Assembly (NCBI GenBank): GCA_964348725.1
Contig: CAYGDG010000001.1
Location: 65,898-129,897 of the forward strand
Source of the DNA: an uncultured Candidatus Saccharibacteria bacterium
Lineage (GTDB): Bacteria > Patescibacteriota > Minisyncoccia > Phycocordibacterales > UBA9973
Direction of reading: 5' to 3'
DNA: 64,000 nt
Shown: piece after piece, positions 46,133-55,325 of the stretch
Layout: each line of letters opens with the position of its first letter
Numbering within the stretch: position 1 is the first letter of the stretch
Made by a program: the position numbers and the translations under genes
The notes under the pieces: model-generated
Databases searched by the model: none
Seen by the model: the letters and a program-made list of their open reading frames with translations, nothing else
What the model was told of the DNA's origin: nothing

Positions 46133-47253
46133 GGAATTCTCCGCTCGCATATATAGAGCTCTCTGCCGCAAACTTGGTTCACAATTTCCAGGCGCTCAAG
46201 AATGTGGCAAAAAAAGGCGTAAAAATGGCCGCGGTGGTCAAGGCGAATGCATACGGGCACGGACAGAATGAAGTGGCAAAAATTCTGGATGCCCACACGG
46301 ATTATTTTGCGGTCAACAGCATTTCGGAACTGGAATCATTGCGTAAAACAAGCAAGAAAAAAACTTTCGTACTCGGCTACACTCAGGAATCAGATCTTAA
46401 AAAAGCATTTCGTCTGGGCGCCGTAGTTTCCGTATTCTCTACTGAGCACCTACTTCACATACAAAAAAATGCCGACAAAACCGTCGAGGTTAATATCGCC
46501 ATCGATGCTCTGCTCGGCAGGGAAGGATTGATGGAGCGCGACTTGCCTCTGTTCTTTGACGAATTAAAAAAATGTAAGAAAATAAAAGTGCTTGGCATAT
46601 ACGCTCACTTTGCAAATATAGAAGACACGACCAATTTTACGCACGCTAAAAAACAGATATTGAAATTTAATAAAGTACTTGAAATTGTGAAAAAAGCCGG
46701 ATTAAAAAATATACAGACTCATATTTCGGCGACATCGGGACTTTTGGTATATGAAAAAAACAAAGGCGTGCATTCTGTCGTGCGAATGGGTGTAGGGCTG
46801 TACGGGATGTGGCCTTCAGAGCATATTCATTTTTTGTACCAGAAAAAAATGGAATTGAAATCGATATTATCCTGGAAAACAAAAATAGCCCAGATCAAGA
46901 CTATTCCTGCCGGGCGCACTATCGGCTACGGTCTTTCACATATGACCTATAAGGCTACGAATATAGCTGTCATCCCCCAAGGCTATTCCGACGGCTATGA
47001 CCGCAAGCTTTCAAATAAGGGCGAAGTGCTGATAGCAGGCCGCAGATGCCCCATTTTGGGCCGTGTGGCGATGAATATGTTTGTAGTGGATGTGTCTCAC
47101 TTACCGGGGGTACAAGCTGAAGATGAGGTCGTATTGCTTGGAAAACAGGGTGGAGAAGAAATCACAGCCGAGGAGTTGGCGGACAAGGTGGGTACGATAA
47201 ATTATGAAATTACCACCCGTTTGAGCCCCCTTTTGCCGAGAAAAGTTATTTAG
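46129..47253 (+). CDS. alr: Alanine racemase
   Basis: PLP-lysine motif AVVKANAYGHG and a C-terminal beta domain. The start overlaps the M24 stop (ATGA). Confidence 0.9.
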   Translation: MRNSPLAYIELSAANLVHNFQALKNVAKKGVKMAAVVKANAYGHGQNEVAKILDAHTDYFAVNSISELESLRKTSKKKTFVLGYTQESDLKKAFRLGAVVSVFSTEHLLHIQKNADKTVEVNIAIDALLGREGLMERDLPLFFDELKKCKKIKVLGIYAHFANIEDTTNFTHAKKQILKFNKVLEIVKKAGLKNIQTHISATSGLLVYEKNKGVHSVVRMGVGLYGMWPSEHIHFLYQKKMELKSILSWKTKIAQIKTIPAGRTIGYGLSHMTYKATNIAVIPQGYSDGYDRKLSNKGEVLIAGRRCPILGRVAMNMFVVDVSHLPGVQAEDEVVLLGKQGGEEITAEELADKVGTINYEITTRLSPLLPRKVI

Positions 47254-47336
47254 CTTCCTATTGACTTTTAAGAAATTCTACAATATTATTGTGGGCAAAC
47301 CGAACCTTGTAAAAGGTCACCTAAACCCCACTACAG

Positions 47337-48077
47337 ATGAAAACTGCATATGCCACCTCCATACTAGAAGCTAAGGCTTCTGTTAAGCTACTCGTCAACA
47401 AAAGGAAAGAATACAAAGTCGAAAGGGTTTTTGAAACCTTGCACGATCTCGGAGTGTCACTGACTTCGGAAGAACAAGAGATTGTTATTCACTTCGTCTT
47501 AGCTCTGGACTTTGTCGACCAGATCGATGATTCGGGATATGTTCCAGATATATATGAACGATCCCTGAATTATATTTCCAGTGAGAGTGATTTCTTGCCT
47601 TTATGTTTGCCTCCAAATGTCATAGAAACTTTTGATATTTTAAAAAAAGGAATAAACAAAAGGGGGCTTAAGGAAGATCTCATAAGGCATTCAAGATCGC
47701 TTTTTTCAAAACGTTCCCAGCGGAATAATACCCTGAGTTCCTATGAATATGTCCGCTTCTCTTTGGAAGAAGGTGGACTGTATGCACAAGTGGCTTTTCT
47801 TTTTCTGCCGCGAGAAAAAATGAGCCAGAGCAGTTTAGAGCTGATTCGCGTGGGAAACTTTATCGTCCGTATTTACGATAATCTTGTCGACCTGAAGGAG
47901 GATTATCAAAAAGGACAAATAGCTTTTAGGCCAAACCTTAAAGTGCAGTTAGGTTTGAGACTAGCATTGATTATTCTAACTTTTCGCGCTTTCAGGCTAT
48001 ATCCAAAAAAGAAAGGGGCATTTGCTTTAGCGAAGAAATACCTTAAACGCTCATTACAAAGACAGGCTAATACATGA
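47337..48077 (+). CDS. Hypothetical protein
   Basis: 246-aa ORF. No domain recognised. Confidence 0.5.
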   Translation: MKTAYATSILEAKASVKLLVNKRKEYKVERVFETLHDLGVSLTSEEQEIVIHFVLALDFVDQIDDSGYVPDIYERSLNYISSESDFLPLCLPPNVIETFDILKKGINKRGLKEDLIRHSRSLFSKRSQRNNTLSSYEYVRFSLEEGGLYAQVAFLFLPREKMSQSSLELIRVGNFIVRIYDNLVDLKEDYQKGQIAFRPNLKVQLGLRLALIILTFRAFRLYPKKKGAFALAKKYLKRSLQRQANT

Positions 48078-48134
48078 TATTAGCCTGCTTTTTATTTACT
48101 TGCCTTTTCAGCCCTTTTATACTAAGATGTAGCC

Positions 48135-48293
48135 ATGTCTCAAGACCGACTTATAAAACTCGCCTGCGGAACTTGCAAGAGGATCAATTACTGGTCCAGC
48201 AAGAATAAGAAGCTCGTCACTAAAAAGATTGAGTTGAATAAATACTGCAAGTGGTGCAAGAAGAAGACCAAGCACAAAGAAATCAAGAAATAA
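48135..48293 (+). CDS. rpmG: 50S ribosomal protein L33
   Basis: MSQDRLIKLACGTCKRINYWSSKNKKLVTKKIELNKYCKWCKKKTKHKEIKK, a 52-aa zinc ribbon of the L33 type. It is missing from the ORF track because it is under 60 aa, and lies in the conserved position before tRNA-Trp. Confidence 0.8.
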   Translation: MSQDRLIKLACGTCKRINYWSSKNKKLVTKKIELNKYCKWCKKKTKHKEIKK

Positions 48294-48456
48294 TCAAGAA
48301 AATTTTGATTTTTTCTAATCTCTGATATAATCAAAGCGCAACAAAAGTTTGTTGCTTGTTCTTTCCTTGAATGGACGCGTTTTTTTAAGCGCTTCATTTC
48401 ATAGGATGCGCCGATTATTATTATCTGCGTATTCGCGTTCCGGCTCTGCCGGAATG

Positions 48457-48527
48457 TGGGCGATTAGTTAAGTGGCATAACTGCGGTCTCCAAAACCGCT
48501 GTCGTAGGTTCGATTCCTACATCGCCC
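48457..48527 (+). tRNA. tRNA-Trp (anticodon CCA)
   Basis: GGGCGATTAGTTAAGTGGCATAACTGCGGTCTCCAAAACCGCTGTCGTAGGTTCGATTCCTACATCGCCCG. Anticodon loop CTCCAAA; clean cloverleaf. Confidence 0.85.
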
Positions 48528-48600
48528 GCAAATTCACGATAGGTTATCAGGTACTAGATGCATCGTACAAATAGTTGAAGTATTAAACAAAATTTATTCT

Positions 48601-49413
48601 ATGACGGATCCTTCTACTTTAGAGCCACAAAAAATTAGGTTAGGGATAGAAATCTTGCTAGGAGGAGGATTTTTGGCATATATTTCTCTGCGAGCATTAA
48701 ATATTTACAGAGCAAAGAGAATTTTACCTGTTTCTAAAATTAGATCTCTGGCTGTTGGTCCTGTACATCTTTTAGGTAATTTAATTTCTGATTCTAAATT
48801 GACTGCTTCTATTACCGGAGAAAAAGGGGTTTTAATAGTTTCAGAAATTGAAGTCCTTAAATCAAGAAGATTATGGACACCTATTTTTAGTACTGGGCTA
48901 TGGGATAAACTTTTTATTAAAGATGAAACTGGTACTATTGAAGTTGACCCTCCACTTTTTCAGTATTTTCTCAATCCAGTTTTTAAATATCAAAGTTTTT
49001 CTAAAGTAAAAAAATCTAATACTCTGGATGCTTTTCTAAAAAAAGCTGATTTTTGCCCTCATGTTAGCTTTTTGGGTATAAGAATTCCTAAAATTTATAG
49101 AGTAAGAGAATATGTCATAAAAAATGGCTATCCAATTGAAATATTTGGATATGCTTCAATTCAATCAAAAAAGGATGGATTGACTGTAACGAGTACAGAA
49201 AAAAAGACGCTCATTTTTCAAGAAGTAGGACATAAAGATTTTCCTTATAAATCTTTGTTCTTACTGATTACGGGAGGTGCGTTGGTAGGGGTAGGTATTT
49301 CTACAATAGTATTCGCCACACAAAGTGTTTCTTCTTCTGTTCACGGTTTGCTTATATGGGTAATTGTAGTATTATTAACCCTGTTCGTTTCACTGCATTA
49401 TATATTAAAATAA
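48601..49413 (+). CDS. AT-rich membrane protein (N-terminal TM helix, C-terminal TM helices) upstream of lemA
   Basis: 270 aa with an N-terminal anchor, a soluble middle region and 2 C-terminal TM helices. Confidence 0.55.
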   Translation: MTDPSTLEPQKIRLGIEILLGGGFLAYISLRALNIYRAKRILPVSKIRSLAVGPVHLLGNLISDSKLTASITGEKGVLIVSEIEVLKSRRLWTPIFSTGLWDKLFIKDETGTIEVDPPLFQYFLNPVFKYQSFSKVKKSNTLDAFLKKADFCPHVSFLGIRIPKIYRVREYVIKNGYPIEIFGYASIQSKKDGLTVTSTEKKTLIFQEVGHKDFPYKSLFLLITGGALVGVGISTIVFATQSVSSSVHGLLIWVIVVLLTLFVSLHYILK

Positions 49414-49423
49414 ATATAAATTT

Positions 49424-49999
49424 ATGTTCACACAAATCATTATAACTAGCGTTGTTTTTCTAATCTTAGCTTTTTTATTGTATATGATTACTGTCTTTAA
49501 CAGTTTAAAAGCGGTAAAGAATAATGTGATTAAAGCCGAGGCAAATATAAAAGTTTTATTGAAACAGCGTTTTGATGAGATTCCCCAATTAGTAGAAGTT
49601 TGTAAAAAATACATGGATTATGAGACAAGTGTGTTAAAAGATCTTACTAATCTGAGAAGTGATTTTGAAGAAAAGATTAATAAAAAAGAAGAATTACAAG
49701 TTGAAGAAATAGAGAGTTTTGATGAAGAATTGAGTAATCAAATAGGTAATCTGAAAGCCACCGCTGAAAACTATCCCAACCTGAAGACTTCTGAACAATT
49801 CCTTAACCTACAAATAAGAATTTCTTCTATAGAGGAACAGATAGCAGACAGACGGGAGTTTTTCAACGAAAGTGTGAATGCCTACAATATTAATATAGAA
49901 TCATTTCCAGACATGATTATCTCTTCTATTTTGGGTTATAGAAAGAAAGATATGTTAGATATTTCTGAAAAAGAAAAGGAAATACCAAAGAATTTTTAG
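49424..49999 (+). CDS. lemA: LemA-family protein
   Basis: N-terminal TM helix followed by FNSLKAVKNNVIKAEANIKVLLKQRFDEIPQLVEVCKKYMDYE, the LemA signature. Confidence 0.8.
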   Translation: MFTQIIITSVVFLILAFLLYMITVFNSLKAVKNNVIKAEANIKVLLKQRFDEIPQLVEVCKKYMDYETSVLKDLTNLRSDFEEKINKKEELQVEEIESFDEELSNQIGNLKATAENYPNLKTSEQFLNLQIRISSIEEQIADRREFFNESVNAYNINIESFPDMIISSILGYRKKDMLDISEKEKEIPKNF

Positions 50000-50092
50000 T
50001 GTGTAAAGGACCATGTTCTGTAAAGAAAAAAAAGTTCTTTCAAAAGAATTCGGAGAAAAATACCTCAAATACAGACAACGTACTTGGTTCTA

Positions 50093-50123
50093 AGGAATAG
50101 AATGACGTTCTATTCCTTTATTT
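50093..50123. terminator. Bidirectional terminator shared by lemA (+) and the UPF0391 gene (-)
   Basis: AGGAATAGAA-TGAC-GTTCTATTCCT flanked by T/A runs. Confidence 0.7.
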
Positions 50124-50297
50124 CTCCGTAAAGCTCTTTATGAGCGCTCCGCCGAAAAGGATAGAGAGCACGAAGAGAACAAGGAAAATAAAGAATAGGA
50201 TTTTAGCTATTCCTATTGCGGCTCCGGCGACATTCGTGAAGCCGAGCAAAGCGGCGATAAGGGCTATGACGAGAAACGTGATTGACCATCTAAGCAT
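50118..50297 (-). CDS. UPF0391/DUF1328 small membrane protein
   Basis: [59 protein letters not shown] matches the DUF1328 consensus. 59 aa, absent from the ORF track. Confidence 0.65.
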   Translation of the reverse strand: MLRWSITFLVIALIAALLGFTNVAGAAIGIAKILFFIFLVLFVLSILFGGALIKSFTEK

Positions 50298-50345
50298 AAA
50301 ATTAATAGGTTAAAAATAGTAATAGACCTTTATCTACTTATTATA

Positions 50346-51230
50346 CTACTTTTTTATTTTAGACGCATCTCGCCATTTTATTTCTTTATCTCTTTTGAAC
50401 CACGTCATCTGCCGCTTGGCGTATTTGTGAATCTCAGAATCCAGTTTTGCCAGCATCTCTGGCTTAGTCATTTTTTTCTGCAAATATAAAGCGAGATAGC
50501 GATACTCCAAGCCGAGCTCAGCCATGCGTTTCCAGGAAAGGCCTTTTTTGTGTAAATTCTGCGCTTCCCTCAGCATGCCTGTTTTCATTCTCTTCAAAAG
50601 GCGAGCATGAATTTTTACTTTCAATTTTTCTTCAGGCAGATACAGCCCGATTTTTTCAAATTGGTATTTTGGAGAAGACTTTTTTATTTTTGGCACTTTG
50701 CCGAGGGCCGTGGCTATTTCAATCGCACGGATTATGCGGACGTTGTTATCTTTATCTATGGTTTTTGCGCGAGCCGGGTCTAGCTTCTGCAATGTAACAA
50801 AATTTGCGATAGCAGACTTTGTTACAAGTTTCTTGCGGAGCGCGGCATCAGGCGGAACTTCGGGTAATACGATACCGTTCACTACCGCATCTATATAAAA
50901 GCCCGTGCCACCGCAGAGGATAGGCGTGTGGCTGCGAGCGATGATTTCTTTTATTTTTACATCAGCCAATTTTTTAAAATCAGCGACAGAAAAAACCCCG
51001 CCACGGCGGGCAAGTTTCTTTGGATTCGCGACATCTAGCAGATGATGCGGCACGCCCCGCATTTCTTTTTTTGTTATTTTACCGGAACCGATATCAAGGC
51101 CTGTGTACACTTGCCGCGAATCAGCGGAGATAATTTCGCCGTTTACTTTTTTAGCAAGCTTTACAGCTAAGTCGCTCTTGCCAGTGGCCGTCTGCCCCAA
51201 TATGACGATGACTTTTGGTTTTTTTTGCAT
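50346..51230 (-). CDS. miaA: tRNA dimethylallyltransferase MiaA
   Basis: P-loop GQTATGKS and the MiaA core DIGSGKIT. Confidence 0.9.
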   Translation of the reverse strand: MQKKPKVIVILGQTATGKSDLAVKLAKKVNGEIISADSRQVYTGLDIGSGKITKKEMRGVPHHLLDVANPKKLARRGGVFSVADFKKLADVKIKEIIARSHTPILCGGTGFYIDAVVNGIVLPEVPPDAALRKKLVTKSAIANFVTLQKLDPARAKTIDKDNNVRIIRAIEIATALGKVPKIKKSSPKYQFEKIGLYLPEEKLKVKIHARLLKRMKTGMLREAQNLHKKGLSWKRMAELGLEYRYLALYLQKKMTKPEMLAKLDSEIHKYAKRQMTWFKRDKEIKWRDASKIKK

Positions 51231-51240
51231 TGGTATTTTT

Positions 51241-51262
51241 CTCCCCCTGCGAAGGGGGAGTG
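51241..51262. other. GC-rich hairpin in the murA-miaA intergenic region
   Basis: CTCCCCCT-GCGA-AGGGGGAG, followed by CAGAGGCGAGGGGGTC. On the minus strand it sits 8-10 nt upstream of the miaA ATG. Confidence 0.5.
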
Positions 51263-51286
51263 CCTCAGCAGAGGCGAGGGGGTCTT

Positions 51287-52623
51287 TTAATCCTGCACTG
51301 CCTGTATCTTTGCGCCGACAGAAGCGAGACGCTTTACGATATCTTCATAGCCGCGGTTTATCATGTATACACTACGGAGTGTGGATTTACCTTTGGCGGC
51401 GAGCATGGCGAGCATGATGACTACGGACGGGCGGAGCGCCGGCGGGCACACGACTTGAGCAGGCTTCCATACGGTAGGGCCTTCTATGTACACGCGATGC
51501 GGATCAGCGAGGAGTACAGTGGCGCCGAGGCGATTTAATTCGGTCAGATATATGGCGCGATTCTCATATACCCAGTCATGGATAAGCGTTTGCCCTTTTG
51601 CGCAAGCGGCGATGAGTCCAAAGAAGGGAAGATTGTCTATATTCAGCCCCGGATACGGGCGAGCTTCTATTTTATCTTCCAGCGCTTTCAACTTAGAAGG
51701 CAGGATAATTATGTCAGCAAGGCGGGTGCGGCCATTTCCGGAGAAATATTTTTTTAATACTTTATATTTGAGGCCCATCTTTTTGAGCTTATAGAGTTCC
51801 AGCTCCAAAAATTCAATCGGGCAGCGCTTCACGGTGAGCTCCGAATCAGTGGCGATAGCGGCCGTAATCCACATCATGGATTCTATCGGGTCTTCGCTGT
51901 TCGTGTATTCAATATTCTGATTTATTTCTTTCACGCCGTGGATGGTGAGCGTGGTGGTGCCGATGCCTTCTATTTTTACGCCGAGCTTTTCTAGGAAGAA
52001 GCACACTTCCTGTACCATATAATTTGCAGCAGCATATTTTATGACAGTCTTGCCCGGAATAAGCGCCGCGGCAGTGACGAGGTTCTCACAAGCAGTGTCG
52101 CCGCTCTCATACATGACGATTTCCGCAGGCTTTAATTTTTTGGCGGAAATTTCATAATTTTGATTCGTTACTTTTATTTTTACTCCCATTTCTTCCAGAC
52201 CGTAGATGTGCGCGGATACGGTGCGCTTGCCGAGCTTGCATCCTTGCGCGTGCGGCAGGGAAAATTTTTCCATGCGGTGGATGAGCGGGCCCGCGAACAT
52301 GATGATGCTTCGCGTCTTTATCGCCGAGTCAGCATCCAACCCTCCCATTTTAAAATTCTTCGGCGGAAGCACTTCCAAAGTGTGTTCGCCTTTCCAAGTA
52401 ATTTTTACGCCGATGCTCTCCAGCACTTCAATGATGCGGTATACTTCTTCAATGCGGGAAATGCCGTGGAGCGTAGTCTTGCCTTTATTCAGCAGCGCAG
52501 CGCAGAGCAAGCCCACTGAGCCGTTTTTTGATGTGTTCGTGGAAATAACACCGGAAAGTTTCCGTCCGCCTTCTATTTCAAAATTTTCTATTTTTTGTTC
52601 TTTCATAAAAATGTGTGCCGGGA
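51287..52623 (-). CDS. murA: UDP-N-acetylglucosamine 1-carboxyvinyltransferase MurA
   Basis: EPSP-synthase fold with the active-site Cys region. The true start is the ATG at 52623 (MKEQKIENFEIEGG). The ORF-track N-terminal extension reads through tRNA-Leu. Confidence 0.9.
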
Positions 52624-52632
52624 GAGAGACTT

Positions 52633-52716
52633 GAACTCTCATGGGGTTGCCCCCGAACGATTTTGAGTCGTTTGCGTCTACCAATTCCGCCATCCCGGCG
52701 ATTCTTCACAACTTAT
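52633..52716 (-). tRNA. tRNA-Leu (anticodon CAA)
   Basis: GCCGGGATGGCGGAATTGGTAGACGCAAACGACTCAAAATCGTTCGGGGGCAACCCCATGAGAGTTCAAGTCTCTCTCCCGGCA. Long variable arm, anticodon loop CTCAAAA. Confidence 0.85.
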
Positions 52717-52777
52717 CAACCCGCGACAGGCGGGCGAGCTCTTCCACTTTACTAAAGTTTTGTGCTAAAATCAACCA

Positions 52778-53785
52778 ATGTCCAACCTGTATTCCAACTC
52801 AATATTCTGGATTGAAACTGGCAAGATCAAGCCGAACCCGTACCAGCCGCGCCGGGAATTTGAAGAGGCGAAGCTGCGTGACTTAGCAGACTCTATAAAG
52901 CAGTACGGTGTGCTTCAGCCGCTCACCGTTTCTCGTGTGGAAGTGGAAAAGGAAGAAGGCGGCTTGGTGACTGAATATGAGCTCATTGCCGGAGAGCGCC
53001 GCCTGCGCGCGGCAAAGCTCGCCGGAGTGGCGCAGGTGCCGGCTATTATCCGCGTGGGGGATACATCCATGATGAAATTGGAGCTCGCTATCATTGAAAA
53101 CCTCCAGCGCGAAGACTTGAACGTCGTGGATCGCGCTCGCGCTTTCTTCAAGCTGGCAAGCGAATTCAAATTCACGCATGCCGAGATAGCAAAAAAAATG
53201 GGCCGGAGTCGTGAATATGTTTCAAACTCCCTCCGTATTCTTTCTTTGCCGGAAGAAGTGCTGAATGCTCTTTCTGAAGGCAAGATCACCGAAGGTCACA
53301 CCCGTCCGATACTCATGCTTGCTGACCATCCGGAAGAGCAGATCGTATTGTTCAAGGAAATACTCTATAAGAAAATTACTGTGCGTGAAGCAGAACGTCT
53401 GGCACGCAAAATCGCGTATGACCGAGTGCGTAAGAAAGAATTTATGCCGGACCCGGAAATAGTGGAGCTAGAAGAAGAATTTCAGGAGAAGCTCGGTACG
53501 CGCGTGCATATAGACCGGAAGGAGCTTGGCGGCCAGATCAAGATAGATTATTTTTCTACTGATGACCTGCGCATGATCTTGGAACTCATCCAGAAATCCG
53601 GCACGGAAAAGAAGCCGGCGGAAATGTTAGAGAATCATATAGCGAAAATCGAACCAACAAAGGATCCACTAGCGGCCGAACTAGCCTCAGTAAATCCGAA
53701 CGAAGCTCCGATGGACGATCGCACCGGCGATGAAATACAGGAAGACGATGCAGAGCTGTACGATATCTCTAAATTTAGCGTCTAA
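52778..53785 (+). CDS. parB: Chromosome partitioning protein ParB/Spo0J
   Basis: ParB box GERRLRAAKLAG and HTH. Leaderless TGTGCTAAAAT promoter. Confidence 0.9.
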   Translation: MSNLYSNSIFWIETGKIKPNPYQPRREFEEAKLRDLADSIKQYGVLQPLTVSRVEVEKEEGGLVTEYELIAGERRLRAAKLAGVAQVPAIIRVGDTSMMKLELAIIENLQREDLNVVDRARAFFKLASEFKFTHAEIAKKMGRSREYVSNSLRILSLPEEVLNALSEGKITEGHTRPILMLADHPEEQIVLFKEILYKKITVREAERLARKIAYDRVRKKEFMPDPEIVELEEEFQEKLGTRVHIDRKELGGQIKIDYFSTDDLRMILELIQKSGTEKKPAEMLENHIAKIEPTKDPLAAELASVNPNEAPMDDRTGDEIQEDDAELYDISKFSV

Positions 53786-55254
53786 GACTGACCAAAAGAT
53801 TTGAGGCGGTTCAAGAGGCTGTTCTTTTCACTATAAGCACGGATGTGTTTTTTAGCCACGGTAGTCTTCGCATGTTCGAGCCATTTACTGGATGGGTGGG
53901 CGTCTTGGCGGGTCATGATCTCGACGATGTCGCCGTTCTTGAGCTTGGTGTTTATTGGAGTCATTTTTTTATTTACTTTAGTGCTAGCTAAATGATCCCC
54001 GATATCGGAATGGATAGTATATGCGAAATCAATCGGCGTAGAGTTTTCCGGCAGATCCACTACATCGCCATCGGGAGTGAAGACGAAAATACGGTCATTG
54101 AAGAAATCCATCTTGAGGTGCTCGATAAACTTCTGCGGCTTACCGGCTATATCAGTCAGATCACGGAGCTGATCAATCCAATCAAATTTTGACTGATCTT
54201 TCTTGGCTTTCTTATCGCCATTTTCTTTATACGCGAAGTGTGCCGCGATACCGTATGCCGCTTCGGCGTGCATTTTTTGCGTACGTATTTGTACTTCGGC
54301 AATACCGCCAGAGCCGGTGAATATAGTAGTGTGAATACTTCGGTATCCTGTCGTCTTCGGCAAGGCGATGTAATCTTTGATGCGGCCAGGAAGGGGCTTC
54401 CAAAGGGAGTGCACGAGGCCAAGCACACGGTAGCATTCTTCCACACTTTCTACGATTACACGGAGCGCCACAATGTCGTGAATCTTATCTAAATCCATAT
54501 TATGCCGTTGCAGCTTTTTCCATAAGCTGTATTTGTGCTTCACTCGATAGTCTATTTCTAACACATTTACTTTATTTTTCTTCAGTTCTTTTTGCAGTGT
54601 CACGCGTACTTCTTCAAGGTATTTTTGATATGGTTCTTGTTGGTCGGCGATGATCTGTGACACTTGCGCGTATTCTTTTGGATAGGCGAAAGGGAAGGCG
54701 GCATCCTCTATTTCGCCCTTGAGCTTTCCCATGCCGAGGCGGTTTGCCAGCGGCGCGTATACTTCTATGGATTCTATCGCGATGCGCTTTTGCTTATCTT
54801 CGCGCACATACTGGAGGGTGTGCAGGTTGTGCAAGCGGTCGGCGAATTTGATCATGACCACGCGGAGATCATTTGCCATCGCCACGAAAAATTTACGTAA
54901 AGATTCCACATGCCGTTCATGTCCGCGATATTTTAATGTTCCTAATTTTGTAACGCCTTTGACGAGAAAGACGATATTCTCGCCGAATTCTTTTTTCATT
55001 TCTTCCTCTGACGTATCAGTATCTTCTAGCACGTCATGGAGCAATCCTGCCGCCAGAGTGTCTGCATCCATGCCGAGCTTTGCCAAAGTTTTCGCCGTCT
55101 CAAAAACGTGGAGAAAATATGGGTCGCCGCTTCGGCGTTCTTGTCCATCATGCGCACGCTTTGCAAAATCATATGCTTTGTGTACGAGTTCCTGATCCGC
55201 GGGCGTCAATTTTCCCGCCTGCTCAAATATCTCTTGTATATCCATTCTTTCCAT
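53782..55254 (-). CDS. rel: (p)ppGpp synthetase/hydrolase Rel (HD + synthetase + TGS, no ACT)
   Basis: HD motif HDVLEDT, synthetase domain (RVKHKYSLWKKL, IHDIVALRVIV) and TGS (VFTPDGDVVDLPENSTPIDFAYTIHSDIG). Confidence 0.9.
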   Translation of the reverse strand: MERMDIQEIFEQAGKLTPADQELVHKAYDFAKRAHDGQERRSGDPYFLHVFETAKTLAKLGMDADTLAAGLLHDVLEDTDTSEEEMKKEFGENIVFLVKGVTKLGTLKYRGHERHVESLRKFFVAMANDLRVVMIKFADRLHNLHTLQYVREDKQKRIAIESIEVYAPLANRLGMGKLKGEIEDAAFPFAYPKEYAQVSQIIADQQEPYQKYLEEVRVTLQKELKKNKVNVLEIDYRVKHKYSLWKKLQRHNMDLDKIHDIVALRVIVESVEECYRVLGLVHSLWKPLPGRIKDYIALPKTTGYRSIHTTIFTGSGGIAEVQIRTQKMHAEAAYGIAAHFAYKENGDKKAKKDQSKFDWIDQLRDLTDIAGKPQKFIEHLKMDFFNDRIFVFTPDGDVVDLPENSTPIDFAYTIHSDIGDHLASTKVNKKMTPINTKLKNGDIVEIMTRQDAHPSSKWLEHAKTTVAKKHIRAYSEKNSLLNRLKSFGQS

Positions 55255-55325
55255 AAGAGAATTATACTCCCAATTTACTTGGTTTCAAAGAAACCTTAGA
55301 AAATTGCAGTCCTTTAGGGCCATTT

